NCBI GenBank assembly: GCA_000999095.1
Contig: LCFP01000003.1
Location: 93,437 to 157,436 of the forward strand
Origin: Candidatus Gottesmanbacteria bacterium GW2011_GWA2_43_14
GTDB lineage: Bacteria; Patescibacteriota; Microgenomatia; 2-02-FULL-39-11
Reading direction: 5' to 3'
Length of the DNA stretch: 64,000 bases
The notes under the pieces: model-generated
Told to the model about the DNA's origin: nothing
Databases searched by the model: none
The model's input: only the letters and a program-made list of their open reading frames with translations
Part shown: positions 29,532 to 39,793 of the stretch, in pieces
Numbering within the stretch: the first letter of the stretch is position 1
Layout of the letters: the number at the start of each line of letters is the position of its first letter
Program-made: the position numbers and the translations under genes

Positions 29532-30392
29532 ATGAGCCGTAAGGCAATAATCGTTCTGTTGATTTTTTTCGGGGTCTTTCTTTTTGCCGTTTACAAGCTG
29601 ATTGCCGGAAGCCGGGGCAATATTGCCGGTCTAAAGGTGCAGTCGACACCGGCTGCCTCTGTTTACCTTGACGACGAACTTATCGGTAAAACTCCCTATG
29701 ACCAGAAACATCCGCCGGGTGAATACGTTCTAAAGTTGATCGCGGATGAAAACGAATCAAGCGCCGTTCCGTGGCAGGGGAAAGTTGTTTTAAATCCTCA
29801 GGTTTTAACCTTCGTCAGAAGGGAAATGGGATTAAGTGAAGTGGTTTCTGCCGGAGAAATTGTCACTATGGAAAAAATTTCCGGTGGCGAAACGCAAATT
29901 GCCGTTTTTTCCTCCCCCGATGCAGCCGCAGTTTTGCTGGATGGGATTGACAGGGGAGTCACGCCGCTTAACCTGACCATAAGTCCCGGAGAGCATGATG
30001 TGACTGTCACCTCCACCGGTTTTATCGGCCGGACTGTCCGGGTGAAAACCGTTGAAAGTTATAAAGTGACCGTCAATTTTAATTTGGCAGTTGCCGGTGA
30101 TATCGTCCTTCCGGCAACCCCAACCCCGACAGATGAAGCAGGGGCAACAACTGCTCCGGAGGATGAAGACGGAGAGCCCTCTGACTCAGGAAATTTCGTC
30201 ACCATTAACGACACTCCAACAGGATTTCTGAGAGTGCGGTTTGATGCGACAACTTCAGCCAGTGAAGTTGCCCGCTTAAATCCCGGAGTCAAGGTGCCGT
30301 TTATCGAAGAAAAATCAGGCTGGTTCAAAGTAGAATACGAAACCGGTAAAGAAGGCTGGATTTCCTCCCGTTACGCTGAAAGAACCAATTAA
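29532..30392 (+). CDS. Membrane-anchored PEGA-repeat protein with C-terminal bacterial SH3 domain
   Basis: Two S.P.A.V.LD....G.TP units; TPTGFLRVR...GWFKVEY...GWIS. Confidence 0.88.
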   Translation: MSRKAIIVLLIFFGVFLFAVYKLIAGSRGNIAGLKVQSTPAASVYLDDELIGKTPYDQKHPPGEYVLKLIADENESSAVPWQGKVVLNPQVLTFVRREMGLSEVVSAGEIVTMEKISGGETQIAVFSSPDAAAVLLDGIDRGVTPLNLTISPGEHDVTVTSTGFIGRTVRVKTVESYKVTVNFNLAVAGDIVLPATPTPTDEAGATTAPEDEDGEPSDSGNFVTINDTPTGFLRVRFDATTSASEVARLNPGVKVPFIEEKSGWFKVEYETGKEGWISSRYAERTN

Positions 30393-30408
30393 GCAATGGT
30401 TTCCCCGA

Positions 30409-30441
30409 ATGTGTCTAGCTATATCACCCCCGGGGTGATAC
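30409..30441 (+). repeat. REP-like element copy 2 (compensatory stem variant)
   Basis: ATGTGTCTAGCT-ATATCACCCC-C-GGGGTGATAC. Confidence 0.9.
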
Positions 30442-31503
30442 GGTTTTTTGGGGGAGTTTTTTGAAGAAGTTCAGCCAGACAATCAGCATGGCCACCAAAA
30501 TGACAATCAGGAGAAAGGCAAAGACTTTTTGCTTTGGGTTCAGAGATAAGGCGGCAGTACCGGCGATAAAGGAAATAGCCCAATAAAAAAGCGCAATCCT
30601 TCTTTTCCCCCAGCCCAATTTTAACAGGTGATGATGCAGATGTTCCGATGAGGCTTTGACCGGAGAAGCTCCGCTTAAAATCCTTTTGCCCAGGATAAAG
30701 ACGGCATCGGTCATAGGTACTGCTAGGACCAGAAGGGCTGTGCCGAATTTGGAAAAAGATAAAATTGACAAAACCCCCAGCATGAATCCGGCCAGGGTTT
30801 TCCCGCCATATCCGGGCATGATTTTTTGCGGATAATAATTCCAGGGAAGAAATCCCAGATATGAGCCGGCCGTTAAAAAAGCCAGGGCGGTCACATAATA
30901 TTGGTTGGGATCGGCTATATAGCGGATTGACAGCATGCCGATGACAACGGCTGAAATGGAGACAAAACCGGGCAGCTGGCCGTCGACCCCTCCTGACCAG
31001 CCGATGATGTTGGTAGTCCAGACTATCCAGATAAAAGCCAAAACCTGTGACAGGTACAAAGAGCCCAATCCCAAAAGATTTAAATCCACGGAAATATTAT
31101 CGAAGCGGATGATTCCTCCGAAGGGACTGGTGACATAGGGAATATTGATGCCGCCTAAGATGACAATTGCCGCCGCCAGGCAGTTGATGAAAAAGCGCAA
31201 GTAGGGAGAACGGTCTTTGCGGTCATCCCAAAGTCCGGAGAGTATAAGAATAAGGGCCCCTAAAAAGATACCGGTTGCCAGGGGTTGAATTTTCAGAAAT
31301 ATAAACAATGGCAGAAATATTCCCAAAAGTAGCGGGATGCCTCCTGCCCGGGGAATAATGCCGGTATGGGTATGCGCCGGGTGCGGCCGTTTTTTTGAAT
31401 CGTCGAGCAGTTTGTATTTTGAGGCCAGTTTAATGGTCGGCGGAACCAACAGAAAGGTGACCAGAAAAGACAGGCTGATCAAAAATGAAAAAGTTAAAAA
31501 CAT
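30424..31503 (-). CDS. Polyprenyl-phosphate GlcNAc-1-P transferase (WecA/TagO, MraY-like family)
   Basis: PRAGG, GLWDD, GVDGQ, GFLPWNYYP.KI, HLHH motifs; multi-TM. Confidence 0.9.
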   Translation of the reverse strand: MFLTFSFLISLSFLVTFLLVPPTIKLASKYKLLDDSKKRPHPAHTHTGIIPRAGGIPLLLGIFLPLFIFLKIQPLATGIFLGALILILSGLWDDRKDRSPYLRFFINCLAAAIVILGGINIPYVTSPFGGIIRFDNISVDLNLLGLGSLYLSQVLAFIWIVWTTNIIGWSGGVDGQLPGFVSISAVVIGMLSIRYIADPNQYYVTALAFLTAGSYLGFLPWNYYPQKIMPGYGGKTLAGFMLGVLSILSFSKFGTALLVLAVPMTDAVFILGKRILSGASPVKASSEHLHHHLLKLGWGKRRIALFYWAISFIAGTAALSLNPKQKVFAFLLIVILVAMLIVWLNFFKKLPQKTVSPRG

Positions 31504-31856
31504 CAGCTGATTAAAAATATAATTCTTAAAAATGTTATAAGCAGAATAAGCCCGACCGTAAGTGCCGTAACCGCCAAAATCCTGGAAGTCAACATTTCCC
31601 TTTCATAAATTTGAGCTGCCCACGCAAGATGAACCATAAAAATGACAATTGATAAAACAGGCAAAATTAAGAGGGTGTAAGGTGTCCCTAAGACGTCTTC
31701 ACTTCTGGGAAGGGAATAAAAAAGAGGCAGTTCCGGCGGCAGTTCCTGCCATTTCCAGACAATAACCGCCATAAAAACCGCCATCAGAATCAGAAATATC
31801 TGGAGGCAGCGGAGTATAATAGTATCCTTCAATACTCTCTTCAGTTTGTTTTTCAT
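31503..31856 (-). CDS. Small membrane protein (DUF1648-like)
   Basis: LPPELPLFYSLP; three TM helices. Confidence 0.7.
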   Translation of the reverse strand: MKNKLKRVLKDTIILRCLQIFLILMAVFMAVIVWKWQELPPELPLFYSLPRSEDVLGTPYTLLILPVLSIVIFMVHLAWAAQIYEREMLTSRILAVTALTVGLILLITFLRIIFLIS

Positions 31857-31859
31857 AAA

Positions 31860-33146
31860 CTAGTCGCTGACTACAATCCCGAATGAAGCATCATCTTTGA
31901 CCAGGTATGTCCTGGCAAAAGAAGCGGGAAAAGTGAAGCGGGAGACATCGTCAAAAATGACATTAACTCCGATATAGTTGGGGATAGCCGTGTTTTGCGG
32001 ATTATAGACAAACGTTTTATCAGGAACCTGAGAGTAATAGGCAGTCTCGAGATAAGCAATCGGCGTTTCAGTGTAAATGTAATCGCTTTCTTCAATTGAG
32101 GCGTTTATTTCGCGGAGAGCGGATTTGAAATCGGTTTTTTTCCGGAAGGGAACTATATAAAAATTGAAGTAAACAGTCAAAGCAAAAAGGGATACGGCCA
32201 ACAGATATCGCCGGGTTTTCTTTTTCAGGGCGAAGATACCGAAGGATACGGCAAAAATCTCACAAACCGTAATGAAGATAAGATAACGGTTGACGTAAAT
32301 CGGTCTTTTGACCATCGAATAACTTAAAATCAAAAAAAGCGGCAGTATGACAGGCAGAATAAACATGGCGGCGGTTTTTTTATTTTTCCGTAAGCCTGAA
32401 AAACCGAGGAAAATTATACCCAGGGAGATGATGAAAGTATATTTCCAGAAGTACCAGGGTGTACCCTGATAACCCGTAAAAAGATTTCCCAAGGATGATC
32501 TGACCAGCTGCCAGTCAACCGGATATATCCAGGATTCTTTTGATTTAACAAACTGCACAGCCACAACCGGCAGCCAGGGCAGAAAATAGAGCAGCGGTTT
32601 GAGGATGAGGAAGAGCTGTTTTTTCCGGGAACGGAAAACATAATCATGGACAGCCAGAGACAGCGGGAGCATCAGGAAAAAAGTATGGGAATAGAGTCCG
32701 AGAACGGCAGAGATTGTATAGCCGCGCCAATTTTTGAAAAGAAAGAAATATAAAGCGGCAGTCGACATCAGGGCATAGAGTGAATACATCCTCATTTCAA
32801 AGGCATAATAAAGCAGCATCGGATTGACCAGATAGAATAAGAAAATAAAAACCGCAAATTTCCGGTCAGTAATTTTTTTACCTATCAGATAGGCAAAATA
32901 TGATCCGATAAGATGGAAAATTAACGACAAAAGCCGTAAACCTAAGTCCGAATGTCCGGCCAGGTAAATCCAGAGATGCAAAAGAAGATAATAGAGGGGG
33001 GGGTTGAAATCCTGGGCGGTGGTGATGATGATTTTGACCAGATTCGGTTTGGCCATGAAATAGGAAAAAGCCTCATCGCGCCACACCGACTGGTTAAAGT
33101 AAAAGAGAGGAGTATGCAGTGTGAGGAATTCTAGAAAAGCATTCAT
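31860..33146 (-). CDS. GT-C fold glycosyltransferase (PMT/GT39-like)
   Basis: W.DEAFS, PPLYY, EMRMYSL, RYL; multi-TM. Confidence 0.85.
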   Translation of the reverse strand: MNAFLEFLTLHTPLFYFNQSVWRDEAFSYFMAKPNLVKIIITTAQDFNPPLYYLLLHLWIYLAGHSDLGLRLLSLIFHLIGSYFAYLIGKKITDRKFAVFIFLFYLVNPMLLYYAFEMRMYSLYALMSTAALYFFLFKNWRGYTISAVLGLYSHTFFLMLPLSLAVHDYVFRSRKKQLFLILKPLLYFLPWLPVVAVQFVKSKESWIYPVDWQLVRSSLGNLFTGYQGTPWYFWKYTFIISLGIIFLGFSGLRKNKKTAAMFILPVILPLFLILSYSMVKRPIYVNRYLIFITVCEIFAVSFGIFALKKKTRRYLLAVSLFALTVYFNFYIVPFRKKTDFKSALREINASIEESDYIYTETPIAYLETAYYSQVPDKTFVYNPQNTAIPNYIGVNVIFDDVSRFTFPASFARTYLVKDDASFGIVVSD

Positions 33147-34627
33147 ATCTTTTCCGTTACTTTGTATTCCAGCCGTTTTCCCAAAAGCAGTCTGGTATGC
33201 GCTTCAAGTGCAGGCAATGATGACAGGAGGAAGGAAACCACTGGCAGAAGAATCCATTGGAAAACCAGAAGCGGCGTTTTGGCGATTGAGAAACTGGCCG
33301 GCCTTTTCGGCCTGGATTTGGCATCAATCAATATCAGGATGGCCAGAAAAGCGGTTGTCATCGTCAGAATCAGGCCGGACATTTTCGGAAGGTTATGCCC
33401 TAGAGCTGTTCTGGAAAAAACAGGATTGATTATCTGCAGAACATAAGCTCCCAATGTCAGGATAAAAAAGGACGTTGGCCAGAAAAGATGGGTTTCAATC
33501 ACATAAAGTACCCTTAATAGTTTTGGGATCAAATGAATCTCGGGTGTGGTGAAAAATTTGGACAGGGCGTACGGTATATCGGTAATGCCCCAGGCCCATC
33601 TTTTTTCCTGTTCGTATCTCGATTTAAGCGAATGCCAGATCGAATAGCTGTTGACAGCATCCCTGGTGATGGTAAGGAATATCGGTATGGTTTTGACCTT
33701 TTCGCCGTAAGTGAAAAAAGCCTGGAGAAAGATATGCCAGTCTTCAGGAATAATATCCCTGTCCCAGTAACCGATCGCTTCCAGCAGTTTTAAGGACAGG
33801 GAATAGGTGGATATTTGGATCAGGTTGTCAGGTTTGGATAGGGAAGCCAGGCGGACAATTGAAGAGATGGTAGCCTGAAGCCTGACCGGCAGCGAAACTT
33901 CCCAAAAATTGCTGTAAAGCAAAACCGGTGCCCAATAGAAATGGTAATAACGGTCAGGGTCATTGAGAAACAGATGAGTCAGGTAAGAGAAATAGGAGGG
34001 AGGGATAAGAGAGTCGGCATCGCAGGATGTTATGGTCACAAGCTCAGGATCAAGACGCCTTTTTCTGATCTGCCTGGAAACGAATTGGGCAGCCCAGGCG
34101 CTGTTTGAAGCTTTGCCGATGACTTCATTGGGTAACCGCGGATGGTAGGTAGCGGTAATCAGGCCGAACTTTGATTTAAATTCTTTAATAAGCATGTCAG
34201 CCCTGTCTTTGGCTTCCTGTCCTTCCCTTTTCTCCATAGCCAGGACGATTAAGAGCCTCTTTCGCGGGAAATCCTGCCTGGTAAGGTATTCCAGGGTTCT
34301 TCTGACTTTGGCTACCGTTTCCCGGTAATTGGTAATGATGATGACATGGTGGCAACCGGCATACGAGCGGTTTTTTCTGGCCAGCATAAGCCAGTTTATC
34401 CTGCTCATTTTTTTAAGTTTGAGGTAGGAAAGCGTCGAGTAGATTGTAACCGACAGCGATTTGTAAAAAAAATAAACGTTAAAAGAAAGAAGGATATAGG
34501 CAACAACCGCCGGATGAAAGGGCGACAGCCAAACAGGCAGGCTGATAATTGCCCAGGTCAGAAGCGGAAAAATAATTTCGAAAGCGCGCTGGAAATGTCC
34601 AGGGTAACGGCTAACAAGACTGTTCAT
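33143..34627 (-). CDS. Membrane GT2-family (processive-type) glycosyltransferase
   Basis: GKASN, CDADS, PEDW, QEKRWAWG (QxxRW). Confidence 0.85.
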   Translation of the reverse strand: MNSLVSRYPGHFQRAFEIIFPLLTWAIISLPVWLSPFHPAVVAYILLSFNVYFFYKSLSVTIYSTLSYLKLKKMSRINWLMLARKNRSYAGCHHVIIITNYRETVAKVRRTLEYLTRQDFPRKRLLIVLAMEKREGQEAKDRADMLIKEFKSKFGLITATYHPRLPNEVIGKASNSAWAAQFVSRQIRKRRLDPELVTITSCDADSLIPPSYFSYLTHLFLNDPDRYYHFYWAPVLLYSNFWEVSLPVRLQATISSIVRLASLSKPDNLIQISTYSLSLKLLEAIGYWDRDIIPEDWHIFLQAFFTYGEKVKTIPIFLTITRDAVNSYSIWHSLKSRYEQEKRWAWGITDIPYALSKFFTTPEIHLIPKLLRVLYVIETHLFWPTSFFILTLGAYVLQIINPVFSRTALGHNLPKMSGLILTMTTAFLAILILIDAKSRPKRPASFSIAKTPLLVFQWILLPVVSFLLSSLPALEAHTRLLLGKRLEYKVTEKI

Positions 34628-34645
34628 TGTCGCCCTATTTTAACA

Positions 34646-35470
34646 CTAGTTCATGGAAAGGTTAAACAGTTGAACTGCGTTGGCGGAAGTAAGGCGGGCC
34701 AGCCTCTCAACGGGCATTTTCAGGGAAGCGGCAATGAATTGGGCGGTATGGATTAAATTGGCAGGTGTGTTGCGGCTGCCGCGAAAAGGCTCGGGTGTCA
34801 GAAAAGGAGAATCCGTTTCCAAAAGAAGCCTTTCCAAGGGAGTTTTGCTCATGGTTTCAACCAAACGGAAGTTGTCCGGATAGGTGATGTTGCCGTCGAA
34901 ACCGGCATAAAAGCCCAAAGACAGCACTTTTTCCAGCTGAGCGGGAGTGCCGTCGAAACAATGAAAGACACCGGACAGGCGGTTGTCTATTAAGAATTTT
35001 TCCAAAAAGCCCAGCATTACTTCATGTGCCTGCCGGCAATGAAGGATGACAGGCTTTCTAAGTTCAACAGCCAAATCAAGCTGCAGCCCAAACAGTTTCA
35101 GCTGCAATTGGCGCAAATCCTGGGCAATCGGCGGATAATTACTGTACTGATAATGGTCAAGACCGATTTCGCCGATGGCGACTGTTTTCTTCCGGACAGC
35201 CAAATCTTTCAGCTTTTCCTTAAGCTCGGCAATTTTTTGGTTATTGTTCAGATATTCGCCAAATTCAGCCGCATGATGCGGATGGATTCCGGTGGCGGCG
35301 TAAGTACCCGTATATTTATCGGCGATTTCAATAGCTTTTCTTGAGGAATCGATTTTGGCACCGGGGATGATGATTTCTGATACACCCGCATCTCTGGCTG
35401 TTTTCAGGACCTGATCCAGATCTTTTTTAAAGGCTTTGAAATTAAGATGGCAGTGGCTGTCGATGAACAT
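34646..35470 (-). CDS. tatD: TatD-family DNase
   Basis: DSHCHL, GIHPH, AIGEIGLD, HCR, HCF, LETDSPFL. Confidence 0.95.
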   Translation of the reverse strand: MFIDSHCHLNFKAFKKDLDQVLKTARDAGVSEIIIPGAKIDSSRKAIEIADKYTGTYAATGIHPHHAAEFGEYLNNNQKIAELKEKLKDLAVRKKTVAIGEIGLDHYQYSNYPPIAQDLRQLQLKLFGLQLDLAVELRKPVILHCRQAHEVMLGFLEKFLIDNRLSGVFHCFDGTPAQLEKVLSLGFYAGFDGNITYPDNFRLVETMSKTPLERLLLETDSPFLTPEPFRGSRNTPANLIHTAQFIAASLKMPVERLARLTSANAVQLFNLSMN

Positions 35471-36904
35471 CTAGCTGATTCTGGGAAATAAGGATTTTCC
35501 GGCCACGATAGGTTTTGCCGTAAACTGTGCCAGGATGGTTTCCGCCGTCCCGGGCATAAACGGAGCAAAGTTGCAGGCGATTCGGATAATACCGTTGACA
35601 TAACTGTTTAAAGAATCGGAAAGAGCCTGTCCTTTAAGTTTCCAGGGAGTTTGCCGGTTGATATCCCCGTCGATAGCCGAGATTTTTTTCCAGACCTCCA
35701 AAAGCGCTTCATTAAACTTGTAATTGGAAATTAAAGAAATTACTTCAGGGTAAAAAACTCCGATGCCGGACTTTTTGTTAACATCAAGACTGAAATTACT
35801 TTTTTCGCAAAGCTTCGCCACCCTGGCTACCAGGTTACCAAGTCCGTTTGCCAGATCGGCATTATAGACTTCCCGGAATCTTCTTTCCGAATAATCACCG
35901 TCGGCGTAGGACGGAATTTCTTTAAGCAGATAATAGCGGATAGAGTCAGATCCGTACTTGTCGATGACCACGGCAGGGTCGATGACGTTGCCGACTGTCT
36001 TTGACATTTTCTGTCCGTCGACCGTCAGATAACCGTGGATATAAATACCTTTGGGCAGTTTAAGTCCGGCTGATTTAAGGATGGCTGTCCAGTAAATGGA
36101 ATGAAAACGGTTTATGCCTTTGCCGATGACATGCAAATCGGCCGGCCAATATTTTTCATATTTTTTTTCATCCCAGCCGAATCCTATGCCTGACTGGTAA
36201 ATATTTAAAGCATCAAACCAGACGTAGATAATCTGATTGGGATCGTCCGGCACCTCGACACCCCAACTTTTGGCCCGGGTCCGGCTTCTGGAGATGGAAA
36301 AATCCGTCAGGCCCTGTCTGATAAAAGACAGCGTTTCATTTTTCCTGAAATCAGGGGTAATTTTCAGTTTGTCGGAAGTTATTAAATCCGTCAAAAATTC
36401 CTGGTATTTCGACAACCGGAAAAAATAATTCTCTTCGGTTACCTCTTCCAGTTTTCTGCCGGGATGTTCGAAGCATTCTCCTTTTTCATCCAGTTCGTCT
36501 CCGGTATAGAAAGCCTCGCAGCCGACACAGTAAAGTCCGGTGTAATTCTTTTTATAGATATCTCCGTTATGGGCGCATTTTTGCCAGAGAAGCTGTGATG
36601 ACTGATGATGCCGGGGACTTGTGCCTCTTTGCCAGACGTCGAATTTTACCTGCAGTTTTTCAGCCAGCTGCAGAAATTTTTCTCCGTTTTGATCGGTAAA
36701 TTCCTTTGGGTCCAAGCCTTTTTCTTCGGCTGCCCTGATTATTTTCAAGCCGTTCTCGTCAGCCCCGCAAAGGTAGAGGACATCTTTATTTTGAATTGTT
36801 TGAAAGCGCCTGATGACATCGGCATAAACAAACTCCTGTGCATGGCCGATATGAGGAGCCGCATTGACGTAAGGTATGGCTGAAGTCAAATAGAATTTGT
36901 TCAT
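35471..36904 (-). CDS. metG: Methionine--tRNA ligase (short form)
   Basis: YVNAAPHIGH, YVWFDAL, KMSKT, LANGLGNL. Confidence 0.97.
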   Translation of the reverse strand: MNKFYLTSAIPYVNAAPHIGHAQEFVYADVIRRFQTIQNKDVLYLCGADENGLKIIRAAEEKGLDPKEFTDQNGEKFLQLAEKLQVKFDVWQRGTSPRHHQSSQLLWQKCAHNGDIYKKNYTGLYCVGCEAFYTGDELDEKGECFEHPGRKLEEVTEENYFFRLSKYQEFLTDLITSDKLKITPDFRKNETLSFIRQGLTDFSISRSRTRAKSWGVEVPDDPNQIIYVWFDALNIYQSGIGFGWDEKKYEKYWPADLHVIGKGINRFHSIYWTAILKSAGLKLPKGIYIHGYLTVDGQKMSKTVGNVIDPAVVIDKYGSDSIRYYLLKEIPSYADGDYSERRFREVYNADLANGLGNLVARVAKLCEKSNFSLDVNKKSGIGVFYPEVISLISNYKFNEALLEVWKKISAIDGDINRQTPWKLKGQALSDSLNSYVNGIIRIACNFAPFMPGTAETILAQFTAKPIVAGKSLFPRIS

Positions 36905-36950
36905 GTGTACAGTATTATATCAGGCTGGCGGTTTTTTCGGATCAGTGGTG

Positions 36951-37358
36951 TCAGTTGAGGATTGTGAAACCGGCTTTGGAGAAATGACTGTCAAATGTTG
37001 CCGCCCTGTCTATCGCTAATCTTTTCATGACGGCAAATGAAGTACAATCGGTAAAGGATAGTCTGCTCCAATTTTCGGTAAACCATTTCCAGGCGCCTGA
37101 TTCATCACTCGCAAGAACCCTGACTATTTTTAAGACGCTTCTCATATCAAGGATAGTTTCCCTAAAACTCAGCACTTTCTCCAATCCTGCTTTTGAACGG
37201 ATTAGAGTAAGTGTCTCATCCAGAATAAAATTGGTGGTAATAAGCAGTGCTTTTTCATTTATTAATTTTTGATAGATGGCCAAAGCAGAAATATAAAAAT
37301 CGTCATCCTCGTCAATTAAAGCTTTGAAGAAACTGGAATCGATAAAAACGCTATTCAT
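36951..37358 (-). CDS. vapC: PIN-domain toxin VapC
   Basis: VFIDSS, ILDET, SFTDCTSFA, TFDSHF; start taken at MNSVF. Confidence 0.9.
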   Translation of the reverse strand: MNSVFIDSSFFKALIDEDDDFYISALAIYQKLINEKALLITTNFILDETLTLIRSKAGLEKVLSFRETILDMRSVLKIVRVLASDESGAWKWFTENWSRLSFTDCTSFAVMKRLAIDRAATFDSHFSKAGFTILN

Positions 37359-37626
37359 CTTCAATTCCGTAGATGACCATATCATCGGGAGAAGCTCCCA
37401 AACCTTTTCCCATAGTTTTGCTTTTGGCAAATTCGATCAATGCCTCATATCCCCGGGGAGGTGATTTTATTTCTCTTTTACCCAATATTGATTTAACATT
37501 CTCAGTCCGGATCAATCGACTGATATATTCATTGACGCTTATTCCCTGAGAGGCGGCCGTAGATCTGACCTGTAACCATTCGTCTTCGGGAATTCTTAAA
37601 TTAGTGACTATTTTTTTGACTGTCAT
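37351..37626 (-). CDS. Ribbon-helix-helix antitoxin
   Basis: TNLRIP......A...GISVNEYI pattern; overlaps the PIN gene. Confidence 0.8.
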   Translation of the reverse strand: MTVKKIVTNLRIPEDEWLQVRSTAASQGISVNEYISRLIRTENVKSILGKREIKSPPRGYEALIEFAKSKTMGKGLGASPDDMVIYGIEDE

Positions 37627-37627
37627 A

Positions 37628-37662
37628 ATACTAAATATACTATAGTATGAATAGTATGTCAA
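37628..37662 (-). promoter_or_regulatory. TA promoter with ATACTA/TAGTAT operator array
   Basis: Minus-strand TTGACA-17-TATATT; four ATACTA half-sites in a symmetric arrangement. Confidence 0.7.
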
Positions 37663-37691
37663 GAGTGAGCAGCGGCAAAACAGTTTCTATG

Positions 37692-37991
37692 CTATTTCCT
37701 AAAATAGATTTCGACGGAAACCGCCAGCGCCATCAAAATCAAAAGATTAAAAAAATTCAGAATGTTGAATTGGGCCAATAGCAGGATAGCGGTTATTAAT
37801 AATGTATAGAGAATTACTCTGAAACGGGCAAAAAATAACGATAACAGGTAAATTAAATTAAGAAGTATTAAGAGATAAAAAATAACAATATTCAGAATCG
37901 TTTCCGGCGGGACGGACGTAAGATAGCCAATTAATATTATTCCCAATATGACACTGAGTACTTTCCGGTAAGCCGAAATTTTTCGTCTCAT
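37692..37991 (-). CDS. Small multi-TM membrane protein
   Basis: 99 aa, almost entirely hydrophobic. Confidence 0.6.
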   Translation of the reverse strand: MRRKISAYRKVLSVILGIILIGYLTSVPPETILNIVIFYLLILLNLIYLLSLFFARFRVILYTLLITAILLLAQFNILNFFNLLILMALAVSVEIYFRK

Positions 37992-38029
37992 GTTTTCATT
38001 TTAGAGGCAGCGTAGTAGAATGGAAAGTC

Positions 38030-38995
38030 GTGGAAACTGCCGCCATCCTTATATTTTTCTTAGTTACGACCCTGGTTGTCCTTTTCGTCACACGCTACTG
38101 GATCGGAAATCTTGAAAAAAAGCGGCAGGTCTCCGATGACCTTTTGGAATGGCTGAGAAGCACCAATGCCAGGCTGGATGACCAGAGCAAAACTATTGTG
38201 GCAACCCTCAACGATTCGACCAAAGCCCTGAATGAAAGGCTTGACAATGCCGCCAGGTTTATAAGTGATGTCCAGAAAAATATCGGCGAAATGAGCGAAA
38301 TCGGGCATGACATGAAAGAACTTTCTGAATTTTTAAAAAGCCCGAAATTGAGAGGCAATATCGGAGAACAGATTCTCAAGGAGATTTTGGGGCAGATGCT
38401 GCCGAAACAAAGTTTTCATTTCCAATACGCGTTCAAATCAGGGGCTATCGTCGATGCCGCCATCAAAACCGTCAACGGGCTGGTGCCTGTCGATGCCAAA
38501 TTTCCGATGGAAAATTTCCGGAAACTAAGCGTAGGCAGGGATGCGGAAACCAGAAAAAGCGCCTCCAAAAATTTCCTTGCCGACGTTAAAAAACATCTGG
38601 AGTCAATTTCCAAAAAATACATTCTGACGGAGGAGGGGACAACTGATTTTGCCCTGATGTACGTGCCTTCCGAAGCGGTTTTTTACGAAATAGTCAACAA
38701 TCCGGAGCTGTTTGATTATGCGCATAGCAAAGCGGTTCTGCCTGTTTCGCCGATGACTTTCTATGCCTATTTAAAAGCGGTCCTGATGTCGATGGAGGGT
38801 CAAAGAATTGAAACCGAAGCCCGGGAAATTTTGAAAATCATTAAGGGCATGCAGAAAGATTATGCAGAAATCCAGGATAATCTGGGATTACTGTCAAAAC
38901 ATTTGACCAATGCTTATAATCAGATGCATCAGGTCGAGACAAGGTTTATGCTGTTGGGACAGAAGTTCCAGGGTAAAATGGGGCTTTTGAAATAA
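38030..38995 (+). CDS. rmuC: DNA recombination protein RmuC
   Basis: K.RGNIGE..L, VDAKFP, TTDFALMYVPSE, SPMT. Confidence 0.93.
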   Translation: METAAILIFFLVTTLVVLFVTRYWIGNLEKKRQVSDDLLEWLRSTNARLDDQSKTIVATLNDSTKALNERLDNAARFISDVQKNIGEMSEIGHDMKELSEFLKSPKLRGNIGEQILKEILGQMLPKQSFHFQYAFKSGAIVDAAIKTVNGLVPVDAKFPMENFRKLSVGRDAETRKSASKNFLADVKKHLESISKKYILTEEGTTDFALMYVPSEAVFYEIVNNPELFDYAHSKAVLPVSPMTFYAYLKAVLMSMEGQRIETEAREILKIIKGMQKDYAEIQDNLGLLSKHLTNAYNQMHQVETRFMLLGQKFQGKMGLLK

Positions 38996-38998
38996 TTT

Positions 38999-39793
38999 AT
39001 GGCAGAAAACGGCCGGATCAGGGAAGCCAGGGAAGGCTATTTAACGGGCGATAAGGCGAAAATCCGCAGTTCCCATTTGCCGCACCGCATCAGGGAAGAT
39101 CTGAAACACCCAGAAAGGCACGGGGGAGCGGGTTTTAATTTGCCGGAAATAATATTAGGAGGACAGGACGGTCTGGTTAATGTCCTGGGTGTCATCCTGG
39201 GAGTGGCCGCTGCCACCGCCGAAACCAATATAGTTTTAGTAGCCGGCCTGGCAGCCACTTTTGCCGAAAGCATCTCCATGGGAGCCGTCGCTTATACCTC
39301 GACCATAGCTGAGGCAGACTACTATCAGTCGGAAGTGGAACGGGAACGGTATGAAATCAGGCAATTTCCGGAAGGCGAAAAAAGTGAAGTAAGGGAGCTC
39401 TACCGGTCCTACGGTTTTGCCGGAAAAATATTGGAAGAGATCGTCGAAAAAATCACGGCCAACCGCGATATCTGGCTCAGAGTGATGATGGAGCAGGAGC
39501 TCAAACTGCAAAAAGTAGTGAGGAAGGATGCTTTGCCGGCTGCTTTGATAGTCGGTTTTTCATCCCTGGCAGGATCCGTAATTCCCCTGACGCCGTTTTT
39601 CTTCCTGCCGATTGGAGAAGGAATTATCCTGTCTGTGACATTGTCCGCCCTGACCCTCTTTGTCATAGGTTATTATAAAGCCAAGATGACCTTAGGCAGA
39701 AAACTGGTCAAAAACGGTTTGGAAATGCTGGCAATAGGCATGGTCTCCGCGCTTGCCGGTTTTCTGGTCGGCAAACTATTTAACTTCAATTAA
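38999..39793 (+). CDS. VIT1/CCC1 family iron/manganese transporter
   Basis: ILGGQDGLV, ISMGA..Y, E..E.ERE. Confidence 0.92.
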   Translation: MAENGRIREAREGYLTGDKAKIRSSHLPHRIREDLKHPERHGGAGFNLPEIILGGQDGLVNVLGVILGVAAATAETNIVLVAGLAATFAESISMGAVAYTSTIAEADYYQSEVERERYEIRQFPEGEKSEVRELYRSYGFAGKILEEIVEKITANRDIWLRVMMEQELKLQKVVRKDALPAALIVGFSSLAGSVIPLTPFFFLPIGEGIILSVTLSALTLFVIGYYKAKMTLGRKLVKNGLEMLAIGMVSALAGFLVGKLFNFN

